Source: an uncultured delta proteobacterium (GTDB lineage Bacteria > Desulfobacterota > Binatia > JACPRU01). Taken from it: a DNA stretch of 64,000 nt. The DNA lies in assembly GCA_963745025.1 (NCBI GenBank), contig CAVUWD010000016.1, forward strand, positions 896,001-960,000, read 5' to 3'. Position numbers and translations under genes: made by a program. Positions 30,013-39,301 of this stretch are shown in pieces. The first letter of the stretch is position 1, and the number at the start of each line of letters is the position of its first letter. Below the pieces are notes generated by a model, which saw only the letters and a program-made list of their open reading frames with translations, made no database searches and was not told where the DNA came from.

Positions 30013-30333
30013 ATGGCGGAATATCTACTCATCGAATCACGCGACCCGTTCGAATCGAACGAGGTCGGCTACTACTACGATCTGGCCCGGGGCCTCGTCG
30101 ACGAGGGGCATCATGTGACGATGTTTCTCGTCCAGAACGCGGTCCTCGCCGCGCGTCCGTCGAAGGTCTCGGCGGCGCTCTCGGCGCTCGCACGGGCGGG
30201 TGTGAAGGTCCTGGCCGACGACTTCGCGCTCAAGGAGCGCGGCGTCACGAAGCTCGCCGAGGGCGTGACCGTCGCGCCCATCGACGTGGTGTTGGACCAC
30301 CTCGCCGCCAGCCACAAGACGATGTGGCACTAG
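30013..30333 (+). CDS. DsrH/TusB-like protein (DsrE/F/H superfamily)
   Basis: FLVQNAVLAA...VLADDFALKERG pattern; GGAGG RBS. Confidence 0.7.
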   Translation: MAEYLLIESRDPFESNEVGYYYDLARGLVDEGHHVTMFLVQNAVLAARPSKVSAALSALARAGVKVLADDFALKERGVTKLAEGVTVAPIDVVLDHLAASHKTMWH

Positions 30334-30343
30334 AGGACGAAGG

Positions 30344-30754
30344 ATGTCCAAGACGACTCTGACCTTCGCACTCATGGATCCGCCGTACGAGTCCGAAAAC
30401 TTGACCACGGCGTTTCGCATCCTCGACGCGGCCGCGCGCCGTGGCTACCACGTCAACGTCTTCGCCTATGAGGGCGCCGCCGGTCTCGCGTTCGTCCGCC
30501 AGACCCCCCATCCAAACCCGGTGCACGGCAAGAACGTCGCCGAGGAGAACCATCCCACCACGAAGGATCAGGTGGCGGCGCTGTTGGTCGAGGCCGAGCG
30601 CAACGGCGGCAAGGTCGACTGGGTGAACTGCGGAATGTGCGTCGATGAGCGCGGTGTCGGCGAGTTCGTCCCCGGAACGCGGCGCGGATCACCCGCCGAC
30701 TTTCACGCGTTCATCGAGGCCTCCGACAACGTCCTGGTCATCCCGACCAAGTGA
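30344..30754 (+). CDS. DsrE/TusD-like protein
   Basis: DPPYESE, VNVFAYEGA and VNCGMCVDERG (active-site Cys region). Confidence 0.8.
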   Translation: MSKTTLTFALMDPPYESENLTTAFRILDAAARRGYHVNVFAYEGAAGLAFVRQTPHPNPVHGKNVAEENHPTTKDQVAALLVEAERNGGKVDWVNCGMCVDERGVGEFVPGTRRGSPADFHAFIEASDNVLVIPTK

Positions 30755-30763
30755 GGCGCTCTA

Positions 30764-31153
30764 GTGGCCAAGAAAACGCTCAACATCGTAGAGTCGGCAT
30801 ACCGGGCCGTCATGGAAGAGCAGGACGACACCGTGCTGTGGCTTCTCGCCGCGATGCAAGGCGCCGGCGCACAGCACACCGTGGTACTGCGCGGCAACGC
30901 CGTGAACTACGCGGTCGCCGGGCAGGGAGCTCCCGGCCTAACCGTCGGCCAGTGGAAGCAGACACAGGCACCGCGGATGGACCGGGACGTCACCGATCTG
31001 GTCGAGAACCGCAAGATCCCCGTTTACGTCATCGAGGAGGACCTCGCCGAGCGTGGAATCGTTCGCGGAGAGCTCGTCCCCGGCGTCAAGCTCATAGGCC
31101 GGGGCACGCTTCCCAAGCTGGTCGCCGAGCACGAAGTCGTTTGCCACTGGTAG
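30764..31153 (+). CDS. DsrF/TusC-like protein
   Basis: VVLRGNAVNYAV and VYVIEEDLAERG; tightly packed with the two upstream paralogs. Confidence 0.7.
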   Translation: MAKKTLNIVESAYRAVMEEQDDTVLWLLAAMQGAGAQHTVVLRGNAVNYAVAGQGAPGLTVGQWKQTQAPRMDRDVTDLVENRKIPVYVIEEDLAERGIVRGELVPGVKLIGRGTLPKLVAEHEVVCHW

Positions 31154-31229
31154 CTGCGCGGGCCGACCCGCTCGAGAGCAAGATTCTCCAAGCGTGGCGT
31201 CGGCGCGCCCGCTATCATCGCGACACACC

Positions 31230-32456
31230 ATGACGGCACAAGGCTTTGCGCTTTTCGATACGGCGATCGGCCGGTGCGGCGCCGCGTGGGGTGCGCGCGG
31301 CGTCGCCGGCGTGCAGCTCCCGGAGGCGCGCGAGGTCGAGACGCGTGCGCGACTGCTTCAGCGATTTCCGGACGCGCGCGAAACGCCGCCGCCGCCGGAG
31401 GTCCAGCAAACGCTCGACGGCATCGTCGCGCTGCTCCGCGGCGAGCCGAGCGATCTCTCCGCAGTCGCGCTCGACATGGATCGCCTGCCCGCGTTCCACC
31501 GTCGCGTCTACGAGATCGCGCGCACCATTCCACCGGGCGCGACGCTCTCGTACGGCGAGGTCGCGGCTCGGGTGGGCGCGCCCGGCGCCGCCCGCGCCGT
31601 GGGGCAGGCTCTCGGACGAAACCCCTTCGCGATCGTCGTGCCGTGTCATCGCGTGCTGGCGGCCAGTGGTAAAATCGGCGGATTCTCCGCCAACGGCGGC
31701 ATCACGACGAAGCTCCGCCTCCTCTCGATCGAAGCGGCGCGGGCGAAAGGTCCGCTCTACGATGGCGACGGCGCGCTCGGCTTCGATCCGAGCGCCGCGC
31801 TCGCGCATCTGCGTGCGTCCGACGCGGCACTGGCGGGTGTCATCGACGCCGTCGGCCCCTTTCACCTGCCGCTCAGCAAGACGCCGAATATCTTCATTGC
31901 CCTCGCGGAGGCGATCGTCTACCAGCAGCTGACCGCCAAAGCGGCGTCGACGATCTTCGCACGCGTGTGCACCCTCTTCCCGTACCGCCATGGCGGCCCC
32001 ACCGCCGAGCAGATCCTGCATGCATCCGACGAAACGCTCCGTGCCGCCGGCCTCTCGCGCCCGAAGCTCCTCTCGCTCCGCGACCTCGCGCGCAAGGCGG
32101 TGGGCGGCGAGGTGCCCACGCTCGTCGAGGTCCATCGCATGACGAACGAGGCGATCATCGAGCGTCTCACCGCGGTTCGCGGCATCGGCAGATGGACGGT
32201 GGAAATGCTCCTCATCTTCCGCCTCGGTCGTCCCGACGTGCTGCCCACTGACGACTACGGCATCCGCAAAGGCTTCGCGATCGCCTTCAAGAAGCGCGAG
32301 CTGCCGGCACGCAAGGACCTCGAGAAGCGTGGTGCGCGATGGAAGCCGTACCGCACGGTGGCGAGCTGGTATTTGTGGCGCGTGGCGGAGCGGTCGAAAG
32401 AATCGCTGACTCGCGCGTCGAGCCGAGCTTCGGGTCGCGGCCCGGCGCTCGAGTGA
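31230..32456 (+). CDS. Fused O6-methylguanine-DNA methyltransferase (Ogt) and HhH-GPD DNA-3-methyladenine glycosylase (AlkA-like)
   Basis: ARAVG...NPFAIVVPCHRV, then IVYQQLT, RGIGRWTVEMLLIF, DVLPTDDYGIR and WKPYRT. Confidence 0.9.
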   Translation: MTAQGFALFDTAIGRCGAAWGARGVAGVQLPEAREVETRARLLQRFPDARETPPPPEVQQTLDGIVALLRGEPSDLSAVALDMDRLPAFHRRVYEIARTIPPGATLSYGEVAARVGAPGAARAVGQALGRNPFAIVVPCHRVLAASGKIGGFSANGGITTKLRLLSIEAARAKGPLYDGDGALGFDPSAALAHLRASDAALAGVIDAVGPFHLPLSKTPNIFIALAEAIVYQQLTAKAASTIFARVCTLFPYRHGGPTAEQILHASDETLRAAGLSRPKLLSLRDLARKAVGGEVPTLVEVHRMTNEAIIERLTAVRGIGRWTVEMLLIFRLGRPDVLPTDDYGIRKGFAIAFKKRELPARKDLEKRGARWKPYRTVASWYLWRVAERSKESLTRASSRASGRGPALE

Positions 32457-32520
32457 TCGGACGGCTGAGGCGCTCTGCAGGTGCCTCAGCCGAGCCTCCG
32501 TCGCCCGCCGAGATTTGCCG

Positions 32521-32550
32521 TTGACGATCGGTTGGGCCGAGCAGTATACG
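32521..32550 (+). promoter_or_regulatory. Possible sigma70 promoter for the kinase gene
   Basis: TTGACG-N18-TATACG. Confidence 0.3.
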
Positions 32551-32578
32551 ACGAATTCCACTTTCGACGACTCGCGCC

Positions 32579-33685
32579 TTGAGACACCTGAAGGAATCGG
32601 TCGTGGACCGACAGCAGCTTTGTGAATTCGCAGATTTGCTTTCCGAGGCAGCGGCATTCGTCTCCAGCACCGGCGTGATCGAGATCGCGAATTGCGCGCT
32701 CTCGGCCCGCGTCGGGGGGAAAACTCCCGCCGACTGCGCGGGCCGCAACCTCTCCGAGCTCATGCCGCAAGGGACGAAGCTACAACGGCTGGTCGACGAG
32801 TCGATCGAAGCGGGACGGTCGGTTCGCTCGGTCCTGCCCGTCGCGTGCGGTGAAGAGATCGAGCAGCTGCTCGTGATCGCCACGCCATGCCCACCGTCCA
32901 TGGGCGAGCCGGAGCCGCTCGTGCTCCTTCGACTTTTCCCACAACCACCGGCCGCCGAGGCGGTCCGTCAGGCGAAGGCGGAGTTTCTCAGCGCGGTCTC
33001 GCACGAGTTGCGCTCGCCGATGAACGCGATCGTCACCTGGGCGCATCTCTTGCGGCAAGGCGGACTCGATGGCGTGGCTGCGAGCCGCGCGTTCGAGGCC
33101 ATCGAGCGCAACGCGCGATTGCAGGCCCGCATGCTCGACGATCTCCGCGAGATGTCCCGCCGTGGGGACCCACCCGTTTCGGCGCAGGGCGGCGGGAGCG
33201 ATCGAGCATTCGCCGACGTCACGCTTCCGACGAGCGCGACGCGCGATGAGGGCTCCGAGGAAGTGCTCGAATCGCCGAGCGACGTCACCGACCTCAGCGG
33301 CATCCGCGTTCTGATCGTCGACGACGACCGCGACACACGCGACTCGATCACCGCGCTCCTCGTCGAGAACCGCGCCGAGGCCTCGAACGCGGGCTCGGTC
33401 CGAGAGGCGCTGCGCAGCTTGGCCGAGCGGCCGCCGCACGTGGTCGTCACGGACCTGCTGATGCCCGATCTCGATGGATTCTCGCTGCTGCGGATGATCC
33501 GCACGATCGAGGAGCTGAACGCGATCCGTATCCCCACGATCGCGCTAACCGCGCTCGCGAGTGAAGAGAGTCAGCGCCGCGGCCTGGATTCCGGATTCGA
33601 CGTCTACCTCATGAAGCCGATCAAGCCGGACGAGCTCCTGTCGATCGTCGCCGCCGCGGCGCACAGTCAGGCGTCGGATCATTAG
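32579..33685 (+). CDS. Degenerate hybrid sensor kinase: PAS-like + HisKA + receiver, lacking the HATPase domain
   Basis: KAEFLSAVSHELRSPMNAI H-box; receiver motifs RVLIVDDD, TDLLMP, IALTA and MKP; no N/G1/F boxes in between. Confidence 0.75.
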   Translation: MRHLKESVVDRQQLCEFADLLSEAAAFVSSTGVIEIANCALSARVGGKTPADCAGRNLSELMPQGTKLQRLVDESIEAGRSVRSVLPVACGEEIEQLLVIATPCPPSMGEPEPLVLLRLFPQPPAAEAVRQAKAEFLSAVSHELRSPMNAIVTWAHLLRQGGLDGVAASRAFEAIERNARLQARMLDDLREMSRRGDPPVSAQGGGSDRAFADVTLPTSATRDEGSEEVLESPSDVTDLSGIRVLIVDDDRDTRDSITALLVENRAEASNAGSVREALRSLAERPPHVVVTDLLMPDLDGFSLLRMIRTIEELNAIRIPTIALTALASEESQRRGLDSGFDVYLMKPIKPDELLSIVAAAAHSQASDH

Positions 33686-34026
33686 AACCGCGGCGTCTTC
33701 CGTTGCCGTTTCGCCACCGCCGCGATCGCCAGCCCGCTGACGACCGCAAGGCCGAAGCAGCCACGGGCGAAGCCCGCGAACGTCGCAGCCGTGGCGGCGT
33801 CCGATCGGCGGCCGAGATCCTCGATCGCCCGCGCGGCGCGCACCACCATGCGTACGTGATCCGGCGTGAGCTTTGACGGATCGTTGAGACCGAATTCGAC
33901 CAGCTCGACCGCCGAGTCCGCGCGCAGGCGCTCCGAGAAGTCGCTCGCCACACGGAGGCCGAATGCTCCCATGAGACAAAGCGCGATCGGTGTCACGGCC
34001 AAGAGCAACACGTGCTTCCCTTCCAT
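33682..34026 (-). CDS. Hypothetical small membrane protein
   Basis: Two hydrophobic segments; ATG preceded by GAAGGG. Confidence 0.45.
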   Translation of the reverse strand: MEGKHVLLLAVTPIALCLMGAFGLRVASDFSERLRADSAVELVEFGLNDPSKLTPDHVRMVVRAARAIEDLGRRSDAATAATFAGFARGCFGLAVVSGLAIAAVAKRQRKTPRF

Positions 34027-34045
34027 CGCTCGCCCTTCCGAACGT

Positions 34046-34300
34046 TCATTCGGCTCGACCGAGCCGATTCCGTGCCTCGCCCCGCCTCACCTTCCCCGCC
34101 GCCGTCATCGGCAACGCCTCCACGAACCGGATTCGCCCCGGCTTGTTGAAGCGGGGCAGGCTCGTGGCGACGTGCTCGACAATGGACTCGGGAGCGACCG
34201 GTCGACGGATCACCACCCCAGCCGCCACCGTTCCCCCAGCGCCGAGCGTCCGCGGCTGCGCGTCTTCGGCCGCCGCTTCCACGGTTGCCTTGTACGGAAA
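34046..34300 (-). pseudogene. C-terminal remnant of an AMP-binding acyl-CoA synthetase
   Basis: TVAAGVV...LPRFNKPGRIRFVEALPMTAAGKVRR matches the AMP-binding C-terminal LPxTxxGK motif; rest of the enzyme absent. Confidence 0.55.
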
Positions 34301-34314
34301 CGCCGGGGAGCCGG

Positions 34315-34731
34315 TCAAATCGGCCGTCTGCGTGGGAGCCGTGGGAGGGACGACTCGACGCCGAAGCGTCGATCGCCGGCGATGATATGCTCGACGATCG
34401 CAGCGGCGGCGGTCGCGAATCCTCCCTTCGCGTGCGGCACGTACAGCCATTTTCGCAACACCGGATGGACGCGTAGAGTCGGAAAGTCGGCGAGCAACGA
34501 CCGATGCAGCGACTTCTCGGTGGGAACGAGCAGCCCCTGCCAGGGTTCCTTCCGGTCGGCCAGCACGAGCACCAGCCGCCCGTTCAGATAGCAGCCGACG
34601 CAGCCGAACATCGCCCGCGACACGAACGACGCCTCGCCCGTCAGCGGATCGACGAGACCCCGGAAGCGATGACGGGAGAGCGCATCGCCGGCTTCCCGCT
34701 TTGGCCGTCTGCTTCCCGAAAGATCCCGCAT
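34315..34731 (-). CDS. Hypothetical protein, TfoX N-terminal-like
   Basis: RAMFGCVGCYLNGRLVLVL, HPVLRKWLY and GDRRFGV. Confidence 0.55.
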   Translation of the reverse strand: MRDLSGSRRPKREAGDALSRHRFRGLVDPLTGEASFVSRAMFGCVGCYLNGRLVLVLADRKEPWQGLLVPTEKSLHRSLLADFPTLRVHPVLRKWLYVPHAKGGFATAAAAIVEHIIAGDRRFGVESSLPRLPRRRPI

Positions 34732-34857
34732 CCCGTCCAGAGGCCTTACTCGTTCTAACGTCGAGGCCGAAGACGCGTGGCGAGTAAAGCGGATGAGCCG
34801 CGGCGCGCGACGCTGGATCGAGACGGCGCGACCGCTGTCCGCTCCATCCGCACTGTC

Positions 34858-36669
34858 TTACCGATACATCTCCTCGATGAGACTCGCGTACTTCTGGCTC
34901 ACGAACTTGCGCTTCACCTTGAGCGAGGGCGTGAGCTCACCCGTCTCCTGGCTGAAATCGTGGGGAACGATGCGGTAGTACTTGATGCTCTCGTAGGACG
35001 CCAGGTGCCGATTCACGGCACGGATCTCGAGCTCGGCCAGCTCCACGATCTTCGGATGCTTGGCGAGCTCCGCCGCGTCGCTCATCTCGATCCCTTGCGC
35101 CTTGGACCAGCGGCGGATCTCGTCGCCATCGAGGGTGATGAGCGCGACGCAGTACTTGCGGTTGTCGCCGATCAGCACGGCCTGGCTGATGTGCGGCTGC
35201 GTCTTCAATAGATTTTCGACGTTCTGCGGCGCGACGTACTTGCCGCCCGACGTCTTGATCAAATCTTTCTTGCGATCCGTGATCTTGAGAAAGCCGTCGC
35301 GATCGATTTGGCCGATGTCGCCGGTGTGGAACCAGCCTTCGCCGTCCCACGCCTCGGCGGTCGCGTCAGGACGTTTGAAGTACCCCGTGGCGATGTTCGG
35401 CCCCTTGGCGAGGATCTCTCCGTCCTCGGCGATCTTCAGGGTGACGCCGTGCACCGCCTTGCCGACCGTCCCGAAGCGGTAGGCGTCGGGACGATTCGCC
35501 GTCAGGATCGGCGTGGTTTCGGTAAGACCATAGCCCTCGAGGATCAGAACGCCCGCCGCGTGAAAGAACTCCTGAATCTCGCGAGCCAATGGCGCGCCGC
35601 CCGACAGCATGAATTTGATGCGGCCGCCGAGCGATTGCTGGATCTTGGAGAAGACCAGCGCATCGGCCAGTTGCGACTTCAGGGAGAGCCAGAAGGAGAC
35701 GGGCCGTTTCTGCTGCAGACACTGGCTCCTCTCGCGGCCGACCGAGATCGCCCAGTCGAAGATCCGCTGTTGCAGCCAACCCGCACTGTCGCGGGTGGAC
35801 TGGATGCGCGAGTAGATCTTCTCGAAGATCCGCGGCACGGACGGCACGAAATGGGGTCGAGTCTCGCGGATGTCGTTCGGGATCGTTTCGATGGACTGCG
35901 CGAATGCCGTCACCGTGCCGAGGAGCGTACCGAGATATTCGCCTGCCCGCGCGAACGAATGCGCCAGAGGCAAGAAGAAGAAATCCACGTCGCCGGCCTC
36001 GGCGATCTTCAGCCGCCTCATCGCATCGAGGGTCGCGAGATGGTTCCCGTGAGTTTGGATGACGCCTTTTGGGGGCCCCGTGGTTCCCGACGTGTAGACG
36101 ATCGTCGCCAGGTCCTCCGGCCCGGTTCGCGCGATGCGCGCATCGATCTCGGCGCGGGCTCCCGGGAGCGTGCTCCGACCGCACTCGCGCAGCGCTCGCA
36201 GAGTCGTCACGCCTCCGCCGGGCGGTTCCCCATCGATCAAGAAGATCCGCCGCAGCTGCACGCGCTGCTCGCGTCCGTCGAGCTCGAAGCCGCGGGCGAC
36301 CACTTCCTGGACCTTCGCGAGCTGCTCGGCGTTCTCCACGAAGCAGAACGTCGATTCGGAATTCCACAGGATGTAGCCGCACTCTGCAGCCAGACTCGAC
36401 GGGTAGACGGGGATCGTGATCGCGCCCGCAGCGAGGATCGCGAAGTCGACCTCGATCCACTCGGGCCGAGTTCCGGAGAGCAGCGCTACCTTGGTACCCG
36501 GGGCAACGCCCTGCGTGACGAGCCCGGCGGCGATCTCCAGGACGACGCGTGCGTGCTCGTCCCACGAGACCTCCACCCAACGGCCGTCGCGCTTGACCGT
36601 GTAGCGCGACTTGCCGGCGAACTCGGCGGCCCGGCGAAAGAACATGTCCGCCAGGTTGCGGTACTCCAC
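34858..36669 (-). CDS. fadD: Long-chain fatty acid--CoA ligase
   Basis: YTSGTTGPPKG, LPLAHSF, EGYGLTET, WFHTGDIG, DRKKDLIKTSGGK and ELTPSLKVKR. Confidence 0.9.
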   Translation of the reverse strand: MEYRNLADMFFRRAAEFAGKSRYTVKRDGRWVEVSWDEHARVVLEIAAGLVTQGVAPGTKVALLSGTRPEWIEVDFAILAAGAITIPVYPSSLAAECGYILWNSESTFCFVENAEQLAKVQEVVARGFELDGREQRVQLRRIFLIDGEPPGGGVTTLRALRECGRSTLPGARAEIDARIARTGPEDLATIVYTSGTTGPPKGVIQTHGNHLATLDAMRRLKIAEAGDVDFFFLPLAHSFARAGEYLGTLLGTVTAFAQSIETIPNDIRETRPHFVPSVPRIFEKIYSRIQSTRDSAGWLQQRIFDWAISVGRERSQCLQQKRPVSFWLSLKSQLADALVFSKIQQSLGGRIKFMLSGGAPLAREIQEFFHAAGVLILEGYGLTETTPILTANRPDAYRFGTVGKAVHGVTLKIAEDGEILAKGPNIATGYFKRPDATAEAWDGEGWFHTGDIGQIDRDGFLKITDRKKDLIKTSGGKYVAPQNVENLLKTQPHISQAVLIGDNRKYCVALITLDGDEIRRWSKAQGIEMSDAAELAKHPKIVELAELEIRAVNRHLASYESIKYYRIVPHDFSQETGELTPSLKVKRKFVSQKYASLIEEMYR

Positions 36670-36679
36670 GGGCGCCTCC

Positions 36680-37162
36680 TCACTCAGCCTTTTCGCCCTT
36701 TTCGTGAATCGTGATCAGGTCGACGATCTGGTAACGCCGCTTCCCCTTCGGGGTGTGTACCTCGATCTCGTCACCCACCGAGCGGTTGAGCAGCGCGCGG
36801 CCGAGCGGTGATCCGAGCGAGATCCTGCCCTGCGCCACTTCCGCCTCTTCGGGAAACACGAGGTGGTAGACGAGCTCCTCTTCCTCTTCGAGATCCTCGA
36901 CGGTGACGCGGCTGCCGTACGCCGCCACTCCCTGCGGGATCGAGGCGATGGTGTACATCGACAGCTCGCGGATGCGCCCGCCGATCTGGCTGATGCGCAT
37001 TTGCACCAGCTCCTGGCGCGCCTTGGCGGCCTCGTACTCGGCGTTCTCCGAGAGGTCGCCGTGCGCGCGCGCCTCTTCGAGCTCTTTGGGGAGCTTGTGG
37101 CTGAGCTCGTGCTGCAGCTCGGCTAGTTCCTTCTTCAGGCGATGAAAGATCGGTAGGTCCAC
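36680..37162 (-). CDS. greA: Transcription elongation factor GreA/GreB
   Basis: AHGDLSENAEYEAAK and ISLGSPLGRALL. Confidence 0.9.
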   Translation of the reverse strand: MDLPIFHRLKKELAELQHELSHKLPKELEEARAHGDLSENAEYEAAKARQELVQMRISQIGGRIRELSMYTIASIPQGVAAYGSRVTVEDLEEEEELVYHLVFPEEAEVAQGRISLGSPLGRALLNRSVGDEIEVHTPKGKRRYQIVDLITIHEKGEKAE

Positions 37163-37168
37163 GACGGG

Positions 37169-37642
37169 TTACGATCCCTCCTTGCGACGCAGAAATTCTC
37201 GCACTGCCTCGCTGGCAATCCTGCCGTCTAGGCGGGCGCCGAACTCCGCCTTGAGCTTTGCCATCAGCGGCCCCATGGAAGTCGCGCCACCTTGGTGGTG
37301 CTTGGCGATCGCCTGCTCGAGCTCCGCGGCCAAGAGCGCCCGCGGCAAGAAGGTCTCGAGAAAGCTCTTCTCGGAGCGGTTCTTGTCGACGAGATCGGCT
37401 CGGCCCGCTTGCTCGGCGAACGTGATCGCCTCCTCGCGCTGCTTGATCTCGCGCCGTACGAGCTGCGCGATGTCGGCCTCGCCGAGCTCGTCGGCGCCAC
37501 CGCCCCCCGCTCCGCGGCGTTCGATCCTCAGGTTCTTGATCGCAGCGATCAGGCCGCGCAGCACCATGACCTCGTCCATGGCGCGGGCGCGCATCGCTTG
37601 CTTCAGCCGCTCCTGGATCGCGCTTTCATCGAGCACACTCAT
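37169..37642 (-). CDS. GatB/YqeY domain protein
   Basis: LKQAMRA, REIKQREEAI...AGRADL and MGPLMAKLK. Confidence 0.85.
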   Translation of the reverse strand: MSVLDESAIQERLKQAMRARAMDEVMVLRGLIAAIKNLRIERRGAGGGGADELGEADIAQLVRREIKQREEAITFAEQAGRADLVDKNRSEKSFLETFLPRALLAAELEQAIAKHHQGGATSMGPLMAKLKAEFGARLDGRIASEAVREFLRRKEGS

Positions 37643-38151
37643 TTGGCAGCTGCTTGCTCGTAGCTCCCCGCCCACCGGTAGCGCGTCTCACCGCGACGGG
37701 ACACCTCTCCCTCGATGGTCCCTTTCCCTCGTAAATTCTGCAAGCCGCCGGTGCCACCGATCCACTCGAACGTGCCTTCGAACGGCACGAGGTCCTTCCC
37801 CGCCGGATAGGGCGGGATCGTGTAGCCGAAGATCAGGAAGAGCTTCTCTCCAGACTTCGCTTCCCACACGGCGTACCCGCGCACGACACCCGATCCGTTC
37901 ACCAGATCCGACTGCCGCAGAACTTTCACTTTGGCGCCGTCGAAGGAAACTCCGGCGATCTTGTCGGGTGTCTTCAGCTCGCCGTCGCCGCTAGTTTGCG
38001 CGAGCTCGTGACCCGCGAGGTCGCCGACGTCGAGTTTCGCCTCAGTCAGTGCCTGAAGCGCAGTGCCCGAGCCGGCGGCGGCACCCTTCTCCGCCGCCGT
38101 CGCCGCTCCACATCCGAGCAACACGATTCCTACGATTACGACTAACCTCAT
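37639..38151 (-). CDS. Hypothetical secreted beta-barrel protein
   Basis: Signal peptide; FEGTFEWIGGTGGLQNLRGKGTIEG resembles dirigent/DUF3224-like GGTG strands. Confidence 0.55.
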   Translation of the reverse strand: MRLVVIVGIVLLGCGAATAAEKGAAAGSGTALQALTEAKLDVGDLAGHELAQTSGDGELKTPDKIAGVSFDGAKVKVLRQSDLVNGSGVVRGYAVWEAKSGEKLFLIFGYTIPPYPAGKDLVPFEGTFEWIGGTGGLQNLRGKGTIEGEVSRRGETRYRWAGSYEQAAAK

Positions 38152-38295
38152 CTTTCGGGTCCCTTTCCGGTCTGAGGTGGAACGGCAGCGGTGGCCGAGA
38201 CGTGCCGGCCGGCGGTAGATAGCGCGTTCGCCGGGGGGGATTCAACCCGCAAAACACAGGAGACTGGAGGCTCGGCTCGTGAAACTGGGAGGGTC

Positions 38296-38460
38296 TTAGT
38301 GGGCCGCTTGTTCGGCCGGCCCCTTGTGGATATCTCCGCGGTATTCCGAACCGACGGTCTTGAGCTTTCCGGATGCCCAGCCCTCCCAAGCGGGGAACTC
38401 GTAGAGATAAAAGTACATCAACCCCGCCCCGACCAGCGCCCCGATCACGAATCTTCGCAT
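38296..38460 (-). CDS. Small single-TM hypothetical protein
   Basis: MRRFVIGALVGAGLMYFYL with GAGAGGG upstream. Confidence 0.45.
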   Translation of the reverse strand: MRRFVIGALVGAGLMYFYLYEFPAWEGWASGKLKTVGSEYRGDIHKGPAEQAAH

Positions 38461-38589
38461 CAGCCCTCTCGATTCTCGAAAATTGGTTGCGCCCGCCCTC
38501 ACTCGCCAATAGGCTCTCGGAGCATGGTCGCCGCAAGGCCGGGTCGTATCGACCGTCTACAGCATACCATACGACTCGCGCTGCGGGCG

Positions 38590-39300
38590 ATGGCCCACAG
38601 ACTGCTCGACCAGCTCTTTCCGTGGGCGTGCGTCGGCTGTGAGCGAGCCGCCAATTTCGCTCTCTGCGATCGCTGCTTGGCGGGCATTCGATGGATCACC
38701 GAGCCGCTCTGCCCCCGCTGCGGCCTGCCGCTCGCCAGCCCGCCGAGCCACCTTTGCGGGCGTTGCCTTGCTCGGCCCCCGGCGTTTTCCCGGCTTCGGG
38801 CCATCGCCTGCTACCGCCCGAGCGAAGAGCGGGACCCTCTCGGAATCGCCCTGCGCGCGCTCAAATACGCGGGCCGGCGTGCGCTCGGCCAGCCGCTCTC
38901 GACGTTGCTCGCCGACCGCTTTCCGTTCGATCCCTCCGGCTATGATCTGATCGCCCCCGTGCCGCTCCATCTCGAGCGACTCCGCAGCCGCGGCTTCAAT
39001 CAGGCTCTCCTTCTCGCCCGCGAGCCGGGACGGCGGTTCGGGTTATCGGTCGATCCCGGTCTCATCGTGCGGGTACGCAGCACTCCTCCCCAGGTCGGCC
39101 TCGACGAAGCCGGACGCCGGCGGAACGTCCGTCGAGCCTTCGCGCTGCGAGCGGGACGAACGGTCGGCGGCTGCCGCATCCTGCTCGTCGACGACGTGTG
39201 CACGTCCACGGCAACCGCCGAAGCGTGCGCGAACCTTCTCGTCGACGAGGGCGCCGCCTCCGTCGACGTGCTCGTCGTGGCTCGCGCGCTCTTGCACTGA
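38590..39300 (+). CDS. comF: ComF family protein (zinc ribbon + PRTase)
   Basis: Four CxxC pairs, LKY, PVPLH...RGFNQA and LLVDDVCTSTAT. Confidence 0.85.
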   Translation: MAHRLLDQLFPWACVGCERAANFALCDRCLAGIRWITEPLCPRCGLPLASPPSHLCGRCLARPPAFSRLRAIACYRPSEERDPLGIALRALKYAGRRALGQPLSTLLADRFPFDPSGYDLIAPVPLHLERLRSRGFNQALLLAREPGRRFGLSVDPGLIVRVRSTPPQVGLDEAGRRRNVRRAFALRAGRTVGGCRILLVDDVCTSTATAEACANLLVDEGAASVDVLVVARALLH

Positions 39301-39301
39301 G

